The translations under genes and the position numbers were made by a program. Shown here piece after piece: positions 36,414 to 46,550 of a stretch of 64,000 bases of DNA (position 1 is the first letter of the stretch; each line of letters starts with the position of its first letter). The notes under the pieces are model-generated. The model saw only the letters and a program-made list of their open reading frames with translations. It searched no databases and was not told the origin of the DNA. The DNA lies in contig CALMMC010000124.1 in the NCBI GenBank assembly GCA_937868205.1, forward strand, positions 33,046 to 97,045, given 5' to 3'. This DNA comes from an uncultured bacterium. GTDB taxonomy: Bacteria > Acidobacteriota > Aminicenantia > Aminicenantales > UBA4085.

Positions 36414-38546
36414 GTGGATAATCCAAGCCATCGACGTCTTCTTCGCGGACTCGCGGTCATTTTATATTCCTTGCTGCTGGCTCTTTTCTATTGGAAGTAT
36501 GTGCCCCTTGTCGCCGCTTACCAGGCCGTTCTTATTCCCCTTCTCCTTTTCGTCGCCGTCGCCGCGGCGACCGACGTCCGAAAGGGCTTGCTGGGATTTC
36601 TTTTTCTATTTCCGCTGATCAACAATCTCCCGTATTTTTTCAAGCTCTACGATCCGCTTCCCATGGCCCCCTCGGCCTTGGTCCTGTTTCTCTTTTTCTT
36701 CCTGGGCCGGCTGATCCACGGGGTCTTCTTCCCTTTTCCGCCGGAAGAAAGCGGAAAAGGACCGAAGGAACCTCTCTTCACGCCGCTCCGCCTCTTTGCC
36801 GGCCTCGTCCTTTTCTCCGCCCTGATCACGTTTTGGCGCTACACGAATTTTTTCCCCCTCTGGCGGCCGCGGATTTATGAGCTTGTGACGAACGTCAAGG
36901 GCGTCAGCGCCGGCGGGGCGATCATGAGCGTCGTCTTCTACAGCCTGACGTACCTGACCGGCATCGTTTTTTTCACCCTTTGCGTCCGGGTTCTCCGGAC
37001 GGAGGGGTTCATTAAAAAAGCCGTCGCGGCGTTTGGGGTCGGATCATTTCTCTCGATCGGTTTCGGGTTTATTCAAAAATTTCATTCCCCCGCCCTCGGC
37101 AATCTTCCGGCCAGTCTCCGTCACGGCCTTCTCAACGCGACCTTCAAGGACGCCCTGTCCTTCGGGGCTTTTCTCTCAATGCTCATTCCCTTCTTGGCCG
37201 GACTCCTGCCCGCCGTCAAGGGAAGGACGAGGCTGACGGCGGCCGTCATGACGGCCGCGGCCGGCTATTTCTTGTTCCACGCCGGCTCCAAGAGCGCCCT
37301 CATCGCCGCCGCCGCCGCCCTTCTCTTCCTGGGAATCCTCATGCTTCCGGCGATTCTCGAGCGGCGCGGTCCGTTAGCCCGCCTGGTCATCCCTCTGGGG
37401 CTGGCGGCCGCCGTATTCGCCGGCGCCTCGATCTATCTCTTGATATCGGGAAATTTCCCCTCCGAGAACGGACAGCGCACGGCGACCATCGAACGCATGG
37501 AGGATTTCGCCTCAGCCCTCGAAATCCGCACCGCCGGCCACTGGAGGATCGCGGGCCAGATGATCCGGGATTATCCCCTAAGCGGCGTCGGGGTCGGGGC
37601 CTATATCATCGAAATGGCCAACACGGCGAAAACCCTCAAGATCTCGATCGGAGTTCCCGAATCGGCCGAAAACCTTCCTCTCCACGTCGGGTCCGAACTG
37701 GGGATTCCCGGCATGCTTCTATTCCTTTGGATCCTTTGGGAGATGGGAAGGCGGATTTTTCTCTCGTTCCGGGCGGCGCCTTCCGGGACGTTCCCCAGGG
37801 CCCTCATCGCCGCCTCGGCCGCCGGATTGTTCGCCTTCCTTGTGAATTCCCAGTCGCATTCCTACATCGGAAGCTATGAAATCCAGTACCTCTTCTGGTT
37901 TCTCGGCTCCCTGGCGTTCGCCGGGGACGTCCCTTCGCCCGCCGCCGCGGCAGGGCGGAAGCCGTCGAGCCGGCGCTTGGGACGCCTCTTCGGAACAATC
38001 CTCCTTTTTCTCGGCACGGCGGGGCTTCTTTGGAATTCAGCTCATTCGCTCTCGCTCAACGCCCGCACCGAGCGCTACCGGCTCCGGCAGGGATTCGGCC
38101 TCGGTCCCTATGAAAAGGACGCGGACGGACGGCGTTTCCGCTGGAGCGGACGATATGCGGGACTGACCGGCCGGGCCGGCGCTCCTCCGCTCAAGGCGTG
38201 GCTCCTCGCTTCTCATCCGGACATCCGCGTCCGGCCGGTCCGGCTGCGCCTCTTCGCCGCCGCCGACCTGGCCACGAAACCGGTCCTTCTCCAAGACCTC
38301 GTCCTTAAAGAAAACCTATGGAAAAGGATCGAGCTCCAGGCCCCCCCCGGCTTCCCGGAATCTTCCCTTTTTCTGTTCGAGGTGGATCGGACGTGGAATC
38401 CGCGTAAGGCGGGCGTATCGGACGATCCCCGGGACCTCGGCCTGGCGATCGGGATCATCCAGGCGGCCGGCCCGATCAAGCCGAAGGAAAAAACCGAGGC
38501 GGCCAAGCCCGCAAACAGTCCTCCGGAAAAGAAGGAAAACAGTTAG
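36414..38546 (+). CDS. Large Wzy_C/O-antigen-ligase superfamily membrane protein with about 200-aa C-terminal periplasmic domain (candidate polymerase or PglL-like O-oligosaccharyltransferase)
   Basis: About 12 TM helices, Wzy_C-like loop (FLFHAGSKSALIAAAAALLF); 710 aa is much larger than a typical WaaL; adjacent to a bacillosamine-like sugar pathway. Confidence 0.55.
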   Translation: MDNPSHRRLLRGLAVILYSLLLALFYWKYVPLVAAYQAVLIPLLLFVAVAAATDVRKGLLGFLFLFPLINNLPYFFKLYDPLPMAPSALVLFLFFFLGRLIHGVFFPFPPEESGKGPKEPLFTPLRLFAGLVLFSALITFWRYTNFFPLWRPRIYELVTNVKGVSAGGAIMSVVFYSLTYLTGIVFFTLCVRVLRTEGFIKKAVAAFGVGSFLSIGFGFIQKFHSPALGNLPASLRHGLLNATFKDALSFGAFLSMLIPFLAGLLPAVKGRTRLTAAVMTAAAGYFLFHAGSKSALIAAAAALLFLGILMLPAILERRGPLARLVIPLGLAAAVFAGASIYLLISGNFPSENGQRTATIERMEDFASALEIRTAGHWRIAGQMIRDYPLSGVGVGAYIIEMANTAKTLKISIGVPESAENLPLHVGSELGIPGMLLFLWILWEMGRRIFLSFRAAPSGTFPRALIAASAAGLFAFLVNSQSHSYIGSYEIQYLFWFLGSLAFAGDVPSPAAAAGRKPSSRRLGRLFGTILLFLGTAGLLWNSAHSLSLNARTERYRLRQGFGLGPYEKDADGRRFRWSGRYAGLTGRAGAPPLKAWLLASHPDIRVRPVRLRLFAAADLATKPVLLQDLVLKENLWKRIELQAPPGFPESSLFLFEVDRTWNPRKAGVSDDPRDLGLAIGIIQAAGPIKPKEKTEAAKPANSPPEKKENS

Positions 38547-38595
38547 GGAGAGGAAAGGGGGATTCGCCGCGCCTCCGGTCCGCCGGACGCGCGGC

Positions 38596-40527
38596 TCACC
38601 AATGATTGATCGAGCTCGTGTCCGGGCCCGGGACGTAGGTGGGCACGATTTCCCGTAAAAGAGGAATGATCTCGGATTTCCGGCAGGACCCCGATTCGCA
38701 GGCATCAATCAGCCGGTCCACGCTTTTCCAGATATGGGCGGCATTCAAGGGTTTCGAATTCCTGGCCAGGAAGATTTTTCGATGTTCCGTGGGCATCGCC
38801 CCTTCCTCGGCCATGATCAGCTCTTCGTAAAGCTTTTCGCCGGCCCGCAGTCCCGTGTAGACGATCATGATGTCGACATCCGGCTCCAATCCGCTCAGCC
38901 GGATCATCTCCCGGGCGAGTTCATCGATGGACACGAGCTCCCCCATGTCCAAGACGAACGCCTCGCCGCCTTTCCCCGCCGTCGCCGCCTCGAGGACGAG
39001 AAGGACCGCCTCCGAGACGGCCATGAAGTACCGCTTCATGTCGGCGTGGGTGACGGTGACCGGTCCGCCTTTCCGGATCTGCTCTTTGAACAGCGGGATA
39101 ACGCTTCCCCGGCTTCCCAGGACATTGCCGAACCGGACGGAGATGAACCGGGTTCCGCCCATCGCGTTCAGCGCCCGCAGGATTTCCTCCCCGGCCCGCT
39201 TCGAAGCCCCCATGACGCTCGTCGGGTTGATCGCCTTGTCGGTCGAGATGTTCACGAACCGTTCCGCCCCGTACCGCATGGCCGCTTCGCCGAGAATCCG
39301 GGTCCCCCGGATATTCGTCTTGACCGCTTCCTCGGGGTAGTGCTCCAGAATCGGGACGTGTTTGAGGGCGGCCGCGTGGAGGACGATTTCCGGCCGCGTC
39401 TGCTCGAAGATCCGATCGATCTTGGCTTCATCGCGGATCGTCGCGACCACCGGGAGGACCCCGGCGACGGCGTTTTTCAGCCTGTTCACGACGTAGAAAA
39501 GCTCGGTCTCGTCGTTATCGAGAAGGATCAGCTCGCCCGGCTCGAATTGGCTGATCGTCCGGGCCAGCTCGCCGCCGATCGATCCCCCCGCCCCGGAAAC
39601 GAGCACGCGCTTGTTCTTGAGAAACGCCCGGATTCCCTCAAAGTTGATTTGAACGGGCGCCCGGCCAAGGAGGTCCTCGACCTCCACGTCCTTGATGTCC
39701 ATCAGGGATACTTTCCCCTCCACGATGTCGTGGATGCCGGGAAGGAGCTTGATGCTCCGGACTTCCCCCGTCGAGCGGACCAGCTCGACGATTTTCCGAA
39801 TGTCCTTCGAATTCACCGTCGGAATGGCGATCAGAACCTCGTCGACGCCGTTGCCGTGAAGGATTTGGGGGATATCCTGTCGTTTTCCCAGGACTTTCAC
39901 CCCATGGATCTCCGTTCCCCGCTTCGCTTCGTCGTCGTCGACGAATCCGATTGGGAAATGGGCCGATTTCCGGTTTCCCGTCATTTCCCGGGCGATCTGC
40001 TCTCCGGCCGTCCCCGCCCCGACGATCAGGACTTTTTTCCGACCCCGGCTCAAGCCTCTTTTGCGGAAATGGTACTCCCTCAAGGCGCGCTTGGATATCC
40101 GGAGCATCCCGAGCAGGACCAGGGTGAAATTGTAGTTGAGGAGAAGAACCGAACGGGGGATTTCCCTCATTCCGGCCAGCCAATTGAACGCATAAATGAT
40201 GACGATCAGCAAAAGATAGGACAAGGTCACGGCCTGCAGGAGCTTCAGCATGTCCTTCAGGCCGAAGAATCTCCAGGCGACATTGTAGAGGCCGTGGAGG
40301 GCGATCATCGTGATCGTCACGACCACGACGACGCAGATCCTCACCCACAGGCCTTTGGTGAACGTCGCCGGGATGCGGCCGTCGAAGCGAAGCCAAAAGG
40401 AAAGATAAACGGACAGGGCGATCAGGACGGCGTCGGCGGTTAAGAAAAAAACCTTCCTTTTGAGCACCGTGGGCCGGAAAACCGGCGCGATTTTTGATTC
40501 GAAACGGGCGGTTTCGCTTTTTCCCAT
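38596..40527 (-). CDS. Membrane-bound UDP-N-acetylglucosamine 4,6-dehydratase (PglF/WbpM/CapD family)
   Basis: N-terminal 4 TM, two Rossmann regions (VLIVGAGTAGEQI; VLVSGAGGSIGGEL), catalytic region of the Polysacc_synt_2 domain. Confidence 0.85.
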   Translation of the reverse strand: MGKSETARFESKIAPVFRPTVLKRKVFFLTADAVLIALSVYLSFWLRFDGRIPATFTKGLWVRICVVVVVTITMIALHGLYNVAWRFFGLKDMLKLLQAVTLSYLLLIVIIYAFNWLAGMREIPRSVLLLNYNFTLVLLGMLRISKRALREYHFRKRGLSRGRKKVLIVGAGTAGEQIAREMTGNRKSAHFPIGFVDDDEAKRGTEIHGVKVLGKRQDIPQILHGNGVDEVLIAIPTVNSKDIRKIVELVRSTGEVRSIKLLPGIHDIVEGKVSLMDIKDVEVEDLLGRAPVQINFEGIRAFLKNKRVLVSGAGGSIGGELARTISQFEPGELILLDNDETELFYVVNRLKNAVAGVLPVVATIRDEAKIDRIFEQTRPEIVLHAAALKHVPILEHYPEEAVKTNIRGTRILGEAAMRYGAERFVNISTDKAINPTSVMGASKRAGEEILRALNAMGGTRFISVRFGNVLGSRGSVIPLFKEQIRKGGPVTVTHADMKRYFMAVSEAVLLVLEAATAGKGGEAFVLDMGELVSIDELAREMIRLSGLEPDVDIMIVYTGLRAGEKLYEELIMAEEGAMPTEHRKIFLARNSKPLNAAHIWKSVDRLIDACESGSCRKSEIIPLLREIVPTYVPGPDTSSINHW

Positions 40528-40586
40528 TCCTTCGTCACGTCCTTTTCAGGGGACGGTAAACAATATACTCTTTCGGCCCGGGCATT

Positions 40587-41783
40587 TCAAACCGCCTCTT
40601 CCCCGCCCCGGGCGGAAAGAATCTCTTTCAGGGACCGGCAGATGTACGCCAGCTCCTCCAGCCGCAAGTCCGGATAGATGGGGAGGGAAAGGCAGCCGTT
40701 CCAGATCCGCTCCGAATTCGGATAGTCGGCCGGATTCAGACCGTACCTTTCCCGGTAATACGTCATCCGGTACAAGGGTTTATAATGGACGGACGTCCCG
40801 ATGCCGCGATCGGCGAGCCGCTCCACGCACCGGTCCCGGGAGAGCGGGGCTTTCGGCGTGAGAACGACCGGAAACAAGTGCCAGGCATGATCCTCGAATC
40901 CGACCTGGAGCTTTGGCAGATCGAGCCCCGGGATTCCGGCCAGCGCTTCCATGTAATAGCGGGCGCAGCGTTCGCGCCCTTTCCGCAGCGCCTCGGCCCG
41001 CTCCAATTGAGCCAAGCCGATGGCCGCGGAGACGTCGGGCAGGTTGTATTTGAAGCCGGGGGCGACCACGTCGTACTCCCAGGACGGCTTGTCGGACACG
41101 TAGCGGTTCCAAATATCGCGGTCGATGCCGTGAAGCCGCATCACTTTCGCCCGGGCGGCGACGCGATCGTCGGCCGTGACCAGCATCCCGCCCTCGGCCG
41201 TGGTGATCGTCTTGTTGGCGTAGAAGCTGAAACACGTGACGTCGCCGAAGGTTCCGACCAGGCGGCCGCCGCGCCGCGAGGGAAAGGCATGGGCCGCGTC
41301 CTCGACGACGCGGATTCCCTTCCGCCGGCAGACGTCGAGGATCCCCGCCCCTTTCTCAACGGTCATAGCCGCCGCCTGGCCGCCGTAATGTACGACCACC
41401 ACCGTCTTCACTTCAGGGAAACGCCGGACGGCTTCTTCCAGGATCTCCGTCGTCAAAAGCGAAGTTCCGTATTCAACATCCAGGAAGACGGGATCAGCAT
41501 TAAGGTAACGGATGACCTCGGCCGAGGCGGTGAACGTCATCGCCGGGACGAAGACCTTTGAGCCGGGCCCAACGCCGATCGCTTCCAGGGCCAGGTGGAG
41601 GGCGGCCGTGCCGGAATTGACGGCGCAGGCATGGCGGGCCCCGACCGCCGCCCCGAACTTTTTCTCGAATTCCAGGGTCTTGGAAGCCGTCGTCAGCCAG
41701 CCGCTTTCGAGGACCTCCCGGACGTAGGCCAACTCGTTCCCGTCGCACAAAACGCGGCTGTAAGGGATTTTCATCTCAGCCAT
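40587..41783 (-). CDS. DegT/DnrJ/EryC1/StrS-family PLP-dependent sugar aminotransferase (PglE/WbpE-like)
   Basis: NSGTAALHLAL, ...SFYANKTITTAEGG (PLP-Lys region) typical of the family. Confidence 0.9.
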   Translation of the reverse strand: MAEMKIPYSRVLCDGNELAYVREVLESGWLTTASKTLEFEKKFGAAVGARHACAVNSGTAALHLALEAIGVGPGSKVFVPAMTFTASAEVIRYLNADPVFLDVEYGTSLLTTEILEEAVRRFPEVKTVVVVHYGGQAAAMTVEKGAGILDVCRRKGIRVVEDAAHAFPSRRGGRLVGTFGDVTCFSFYANKTITTAEGGMLVTADDRVAARAKVMRLHGIDRDIWNRYVSDKPSWEYDVVAPGFKYNLPDVSAAIGLAQLERAEALRKGRERCARYYMEALAGIPGLDLPKLQVGFEDHAWHLFPVVLTPKAPLSRDRCVERLADRGIGTSVHYKPLYRMTYYRERYGLNPADYPNSERIWNGCLSLPIYPDLRLEELAYICRSLKEILSARGGEEAV

Positions 41784-41801
41784 GCCGGCACCTGCCTTCC
41801 T

Positions 41802-42395
41802 TCAGAACTTGAGGACGGCCGCGATCGTTTTAAAGATCAGGCCGAGGTCGCGGCCGAAGCGGGGCGGGCCCTCGGCGTATCGCTCGTAGAGATCCAGCTT
41901 GCGGGGAAGGATCTCGTTTCGGTAGACGGCTTCCGGATCGGCCGCCGCCGCCAGCAGCTCCTCCTCGTTCCGGTAGATGATGGACGCCGGATCGGTGATC
42001 CCCGGCTTGACCCGGTGGACGACCGCCCACCGCCGCGGATAGGCCGCCACCCACTTCGACACCTCGGGCCGGGGACCGACCATCGACATGTCCCCCTTCA
42101 GCACGTTGAACAGCTGGGGCCACTCGTCGATTTTGGTCTTGCGAAGAAACCGGCCGAAGGATGTCACCCGGCGGGAATCGCCGGGCTCGAATCCGCCGCC
42201 CTCGCCTTCCGAGGCCGGGATCATCGTTCGAAACTTGAAAAGCGAAAACGGCCGCCCCGCCCTTCCGATCCGCGTTTGGCGGAAAAGGACCGGCCGGCCG
42301 TCGGCGAGAAAAATCAAGACGGCCACGAGCAGGAAAACCGGCGAAAGCAAAAGCAGCCCCAGCCCGGACGCCCCGAGGTCAAACGCTCTTTTCAT
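41802..42395 (-). CDS. Small phosphoglycosyl transferase (PglC/WbaP C-terminal 'bacterial sugar transferase' domain)
   Basis: Single N-terminal TM, FKFRTM, DEWPQLFNVLKGDMSMVGPRP signature. Confidence 0.8.
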   Translation of the reverse strand: MKRAFDLGASGLGLLLLSPVFLLVAVLIFLADGRPVLFRQTRIGRAGRPFSLFKFRTMIPASEGEGGGFEPGDSRRVTSFGRFLRKTKIDEWPQLFNVLKGDMSMVGPRPEVSKWVAAYPRRWAVVHRVKPGITDPASIIYRNEEELLAAAADPEAVYRNEILPRKLDLYERYAEGPPRFGRDLGLIFKTIAAVLKF

Positions 42396-43056
42396 CACTC
42401 GCCGCGGCCGACCGAAGACCGAGCTCCCCGGCAAAGGCCTCATCCAAATAGGCGACATAGAAGACCGTGTCCTCGGTTTCCAATTCCGGCGTTTCGATCC
42501 ATCGGCCCTTGATAAAAACCCTGCGGCTCGGCTGGTTGATCTTGTAACTTCCCGCCCGAATCGCCCGGCTTCTCCGTCTTCGGCTGTCGGTTTTCGTCTC
42601 CTCGACCAGAGCCGGGAAAATGCCCCGACCGCGGCAATTCTTGTCGACGACCCCGATCGTCATCTGGGCGAATCCGGGCTGGTCGGCGATTTTTCTGCCG
42701 GCGCTCGTCACATCCGGCCGGCGGAAAAGACGGCTCCAGAGCTTATGATTGAAAAGCAGCGCCGGCCTCCGGACCAGGCTGACGGCGAACGCGGGAAGGC
42801 AGGCCAGAAACATCGGCCGGGTGAACGGGCCGTCGCAGACGGCCACAATCCCGACGATTTTTCCTTCTCTCTCGGCGACCAGGGCATAGGACACCGCGCT
42901 CGTCACGAGCCAGCGGTACATCGCCCGGACATAATGCCGGCCGAGCATGGCCGGGACGTGCTCGCCGAATTTGAAGGAATCGCAATGGAGAGCCGTCATA
43001 TCCTCCAAGTCCCCCCGCCCGGCCAGCCGAATAACGGGATCGTCGGAATGAGTCAT
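42379..43056 (-). CDS. GNAT-family N-acetyltransferase (probable sugar N-acetyltransferase)
   Basis: GNAT motif A IGVVDKNCRGRGIFPALVE; ATGA overlap with the upstream GT4 gene. Confidence 0.6.
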   Translation of the reverse strand: MTHSDDPVIRLAGRGDLEDMTALHCDSFKFGEHVPAMLGRHYVRAMYRWLVTSAVSYALVAEREGKIVGIVAVCDGPFTRPMFLACLPAFAVSLVRRPALLFNHKLWSRLFRRPDVTSAGRKIADQPGFAQMTIGVVDKNCRGRGIFPALVEETKTDSRRRRSRAIRAGSYKINQPSRRVFIKGRWIETPELETEDTVFYVAYLDEAFAGELGLRSAAASDEKSV

Positions 43057-44318
43057 CGTCCCCCTTCCTTTCTCCGCGGCCGGACGGCCGCCTCTTCGAA
43101 TACCGCCGTCATCCGGCCGACGCCGATGGAAAACGCCAGCTCCTTCCGGTAGAACTCGGCGTTTCTTCTCCCCATCGTCTCCCGCTCATTCCAGGAAAGG
43201 GAGGCCAGCCCCAGGACCGCCTCGGCCAGGGCGGCCGGATCTTCGGGGCGGCATGTCCAGGCTCCTCCGGCCCGGGCCGCCAGCTCGGCCGCGCTTCCCC
43301 GGATCGCCAGGAGAACCGGTTTTCCCGCGGCCAAGGAGGCTTGGGTTTTCTGGGGAATCCCCATCCGGGCCAGGGGATCGTCCTTCAGATGCACGAGAAG
43401 CACGTCGGCCCGGGCCGTGATCCGGCCCAGGCTCTCCGGCGCCTGCCGGGGAATGAACAGGACGTTTTTCTGCCCGCGGCCGTCGGCCTTTTTCTTCAAG
43501 GCCGATTCCTCCACTCCGTCTCCGACAAAAACGAAGCGGATGTCCGGACGTTTTTCCTCGATCAAGAAAGCGGCGTCTAAGACGCCGCCCAAGGCCTGGA
43601 GCGCTCCGAAATTGCCGGAATAAACGACATTGAACCGGCCGGCGAGCCCGAACGGATCGGATCCCTCCCCGTCCGTTTCCCCCGGAAGCGACCGTTCGTC
43701 GCACCAATTATAGACGACCTCGATTTTCTTCTCGGGAACGCCCCGGGCCTCCAAGCATTTTTTGTATCCGTTCGAAAGAACGATGATTTTCCGGGCCAGC
43801 CGGTAGGTCGCCTTGCTCCAAGCCCCCAAAACGGCTGAAACGCCGGGAAGAGAAAGCATTCCAGTCACGGTCACGCTTTCCGGCCACATGTCCTGGACGT
43901 CGAGGACGTACGGCGTCCCGAACATCATCCGGAACACCATCGCCGGCCAGGCCAGCGTGGCCGGCCCCTGGTAGACATGAACGACGTCGGGGCGGGCGAC
44001 CAACGGCGGCCCCAGCAGGGCGGCCGTGCCGGCCAAACTCAGATATCCTGCCGTCCGCCGGACGGCCGAACGGTCGTGGCTCGGATACATCATGACGCGG
44101 GTGACGGGGACGCCGTCGAGGATTTCCCGCATCCACGGCCGGATCCGGTAGCCGGGATAGACTTTCCCGGCGGGATAATGGGGGAATCCCGTCAACACTT
44201 CGACGTCATGGCCGCGGCGGACCAACTCCCGGGCAAAGGCCAAACCCTTCAAATGGTTCGGCTCCGGCTGGAACAGCGGCGTCAGGAGAAGAACGCGCAT
44301 CAATCGGCCGCGCGCCAC
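43053..44318 (-). CDS. Glycosyltransferase family 4
   Basis: GT-B fold, E-x7-E-like region in the C-terminal half. Confidence 0.75.
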   Translation of the reverse strand: MARGRLMRVLLLTPLFQPEPNHLKGLAFARELVRRGHDVEVLTGFPHYPAGKVYPGYRIRPWMREILDGVPVTRVMMYPSHDRSAVRRTAGYLSLAGTAALLGPPLVARPDVVHVYQGPATLAWPAMVFRMMFGTPYVLDVQDMWPESVTVTGMLSLPGVSAVLGAWSKATYRLARKIIVLSNGYKKCLEARGVPEKKIEVVYNWCDERSLPGETDGEGSDPFGLAGRFNVVYSGNFGALQALGGVLDAAFLIEEKRPDIRFVFVGDGVEESALKKKADGRGQKNVLFIPRQAPESLGRITARADVLLVHLKDDPLARMGIPQKTQASLAAGKPVLLAIRGSAAELAARAGGAWTCRPEDPAALAEAVLGLASLSWNERETMGRRNAEFYRKELAFSIGVGRMTAVFEEAAVRPRRKEGGR

Positions 44319-45433
44319 ACCGTCCGGTTCACATAGTCCGTGTAGCTCAGGACGATCCGGAGGACTTTTTCGGACACGTTGGGAACGTCATAATCCGCGA
44401 CGATCCGCGGTCCCCGGCACTCGCCGCGCGGCTGGGTGGCCAGGACGGCCAAGCCGCGGCGGACGTTTTCGTAATCCAAGCCGGTCATCATCACCGCTCC
44501 TTCCTCCATCCCCTCGGGGCGCTCATGGGCTTCCCGGATGTTGAGGGCCGGGAAGTTGAGGATGGAGGATTCCTCGGTGATCGTCCCGCTGTCGGAAAGG
44601 ACGGCGCAGGCCTCGAGCTCGAGCTTCACGTAATCCGTGAATCCGAACGGCTTTTCCAGCATTATCCCAGGGGCCAAGGCCGGTTTCCGGGCCTCGATGA
44701 TTTTTCGGGTCCGGGGGTGGGTGGTCACGACGACTTTCTTTTTTCCGTCTCCGGCCAGGCCGTTGAGGATTTTCATCAGCCCATCGAACGGCTTGGACGA
44801 ATCGACGTTTTCCTCCCGGTGGGCGCTGACTACGTAATACTCGCCGGGCCGGAGCTTCAGCCGCTCGAGAACGCCGGATTTCTTAATCTTGGGAAGGTAA
44901 TGATGCAGGACTTCGAACATCGGGCTGCCCGTCTTGATGACCCGGTCCGGCGGAAGCCCCTCGCGGAGGAGGTACTCTCGGGAAATCGCGCTGTAGGGAA
45001 GGTTGACGTCGGCGAGGTGGTCGACGATCCGCCGGTTGATCTCCTCGGGGACGCGCTGGTCGAAGCACCGGTTGCCCGCTTCCATGTGGAAAATCGGGAT
45101 TTTCCGCCGCTTGGCCGGATAAGCGGCCAGGCAGCTGTTCGTGTCTCCCAGGACAAGCAGCGCGTCCGGGCGGTCGCGGTCCAGGACGGCGTCCATCCGC
45201 TCGATGATCCGCCCGATCGTTTCGCAGGGGGTCGCCCCGGCCGCTTCCAGGAAGCGGTTCGGCTTGCGGATCTCGAGGTCCTCGAAAAAGACCTGGTTCA
45301 GCTCATAGTCGTAATTCTGGCCGGTATGGACGAGGACATGCTCGCATTCCCGGTCCAAGGCCGGAATCACCCGGGACAGGCGGATGATCTCGGGGCGCGT
45401 TCCGACGACGGTCATCACCTTAAGCTTTTTCAT
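44300..45433 (-). CDS. fnlC: UDP-N-acetylglucosamine/UDP-2-acetamido-2,6-dideoxy-hexose 2-epimerase (WecB/FnlC/CapG family, non-hydrolysing)
   Basis: MKKLKVMTVVGTRPEIIRLS...HTGQNYDYELNQVF is the WecB family N-terminus; context with the fnlA/fnlB homologues. Confidence 0.8.
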   Translation of the reverse strand: MKKLKVMTVVGTRPEIIRLSRVIPALDRECEHVLVHTGQNYDYELNQVFFEDLEIRKPNRFLEAAGATPCETIGRIIERMDAVLDRDRPDALLVLGDTNSCLAAYPAKRRKIPIFHMEAGNRCFDQRVPEEINRRIVDHLADVNLPYSAISREYLLREGLPPDRVIKTGSPMFEVLHHYLPKIKKSGVLERLKLRPGEYYVVSAHREENVDSSKPFDGLMKILNGLAGDGKKKVVVTTHPRTRKIIEARKPALAPGIMLEKPFGFTDYVKLELEACAVLSDSGTITEESSILNFPALNIREAHERPEGMEEGAVMMTGLDYENVRRGLAVLATQPRGECRGPRIVADYDVPNVSEKVLRIVLSYTDYVNRTVWRAAD

Positions 45434-46550
45434 TTCTCACCTTTGCCGCGAACGTGTCGGGCCGGGCCGGGTCGAAGATCTCGCTGGCCCAGAAAAGAAC
45501 GATCATCTCCGCGGTCCCGACATTCTCGATGGAATGGGTCCAGCCGGGCGGGATGTCCACGACCCGCATCTCCCGTCCGCAGACGGGATATTCGATGATC
45601 TCGCCCGTCGTCAGGCGACGGAAGCGGATGACCGCCTCTCCTTCGAGAACAACGAACTTTTCAACCTTGGAGTCGTGATAATGATTTCCCCGGGTGACTC
45701 CCGGACGGGTCCGGGAAACGAAGATCTGGCCGTGGCCGCCGAGCTTGAGCAGCTCGGCCAGCGCCCCCCGTTCGTCTTCCCGGACCGCCAGGTCGTAGTC
45801 AAACTCCTCTTCGGGAAGGTAAGAGACGTACGTCCCGAAGAGCCGGCGGTCGAAAGGATCGTCCAAGGCCGGCTGGGCCAGGGTTTCCCGGACGGCCCGG
45901 AACGCCTGGATCTTCCCGGCCAACGCCCCCAAAGAGACGCGGAAGACCGGCGTCACGGAAAGAAAGGACGCGCCGCCGGGGCCGGGGCCGGCCTTGAGAG
46001 CGGCCAGAAAGGCGGCGACGACGTCGTCCACATGGACAAGATCGATTTCCCGGTCCGGATCGGATATCGAAATCGGCAGATCCCGGGCGATATTGTGGCA
46101 GAACGTGGCCACGACGGAGTTATAATTCGGCCGGCACCATTTGCCGAAGACGCCGGGCAGGCGGAAAATCCGGACGGCCGCCCCGGTTCGGCGGTGGAAA
46201 TCGAGGAGAGCGTCTTCAGCCCGTTTCTTGGAGCGGCCGTAGGGATTGTCCAAGAGGGCCTGGATCGAGGAGGAAAGGACGACCAGCGGACGGCGGCCGC
46301 GGCGCTCGAGGCCCGCAAGGACCGCCGCCAGGGAGCCGACGTTTCCGTCCTCAAATTCGTTTTCCTTTTCCGGCCGGTTGACTCCGGCCAAGTGAATGAC
46401 GGCTTCCGCTTCGTCAAGGCCGCGCTCCAGGACCGCGGCCGCCGTCCCGAGATCGACGCCGATGATTTCGGTCCCGGCTTCGCGGCCCAAGGCCAGCCGG
46501 AGATTCTTTCCGATGAATCCCTCGGCCCCGGTGACGAGTACCCGGTTCAT
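45420..46550 (-). CDS. fnlB: Bifunctional SDR reductase plus C-terminal cupin (CapF/FnlB/WbjC-like)
   Basis: N-terminal VLVTGAEGFIGKNL Rossmann domain without a classical YxxxK, plus a C-terminal cupin (HYHDSKVEKFVVLEGEA), the CapF architecture. Confidence 0.75.
   Translation of the reverse strand: MNRVLVTGAEGFIGKNLRLALGREAGTEIIGVDLGTAAAVLERGLDEAEAVIHLAGVNRPEKENEFEDGNVGSLAAVLAGLERRGRRPLVVLSSSIQALLDNPYGRSKKRAEDALLDFHRRTGAAVRIFRLPGVFGKWCRPNYNSVVATFCHNIARDLPISISDPDREIDLVHVDDVVAAFLAALKAGPGPGGASFLSVTPVFRVSLGALAGKIQAFRAVRETLAQPALDDPFDRRLFGTYVSYLPEEEFDYDLAVREDERGALAELLKLGGHGQIFVSRTRPGVTRGNHYHDSKVEKFVVLEGEAVIRFRRLTTGEIIEYPVCGREMRVVDIPPGWTHSIENVGTAEMIVLFWASEIFDPARPDTFAAKVRNEKA

Noticed and set aside
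38734-40443. 569-aa plus-strand ORF
   Set aside because: Antisense to the well-supported PglF/WbpM-type dehydratase; D/R/G-rich, no motifs.
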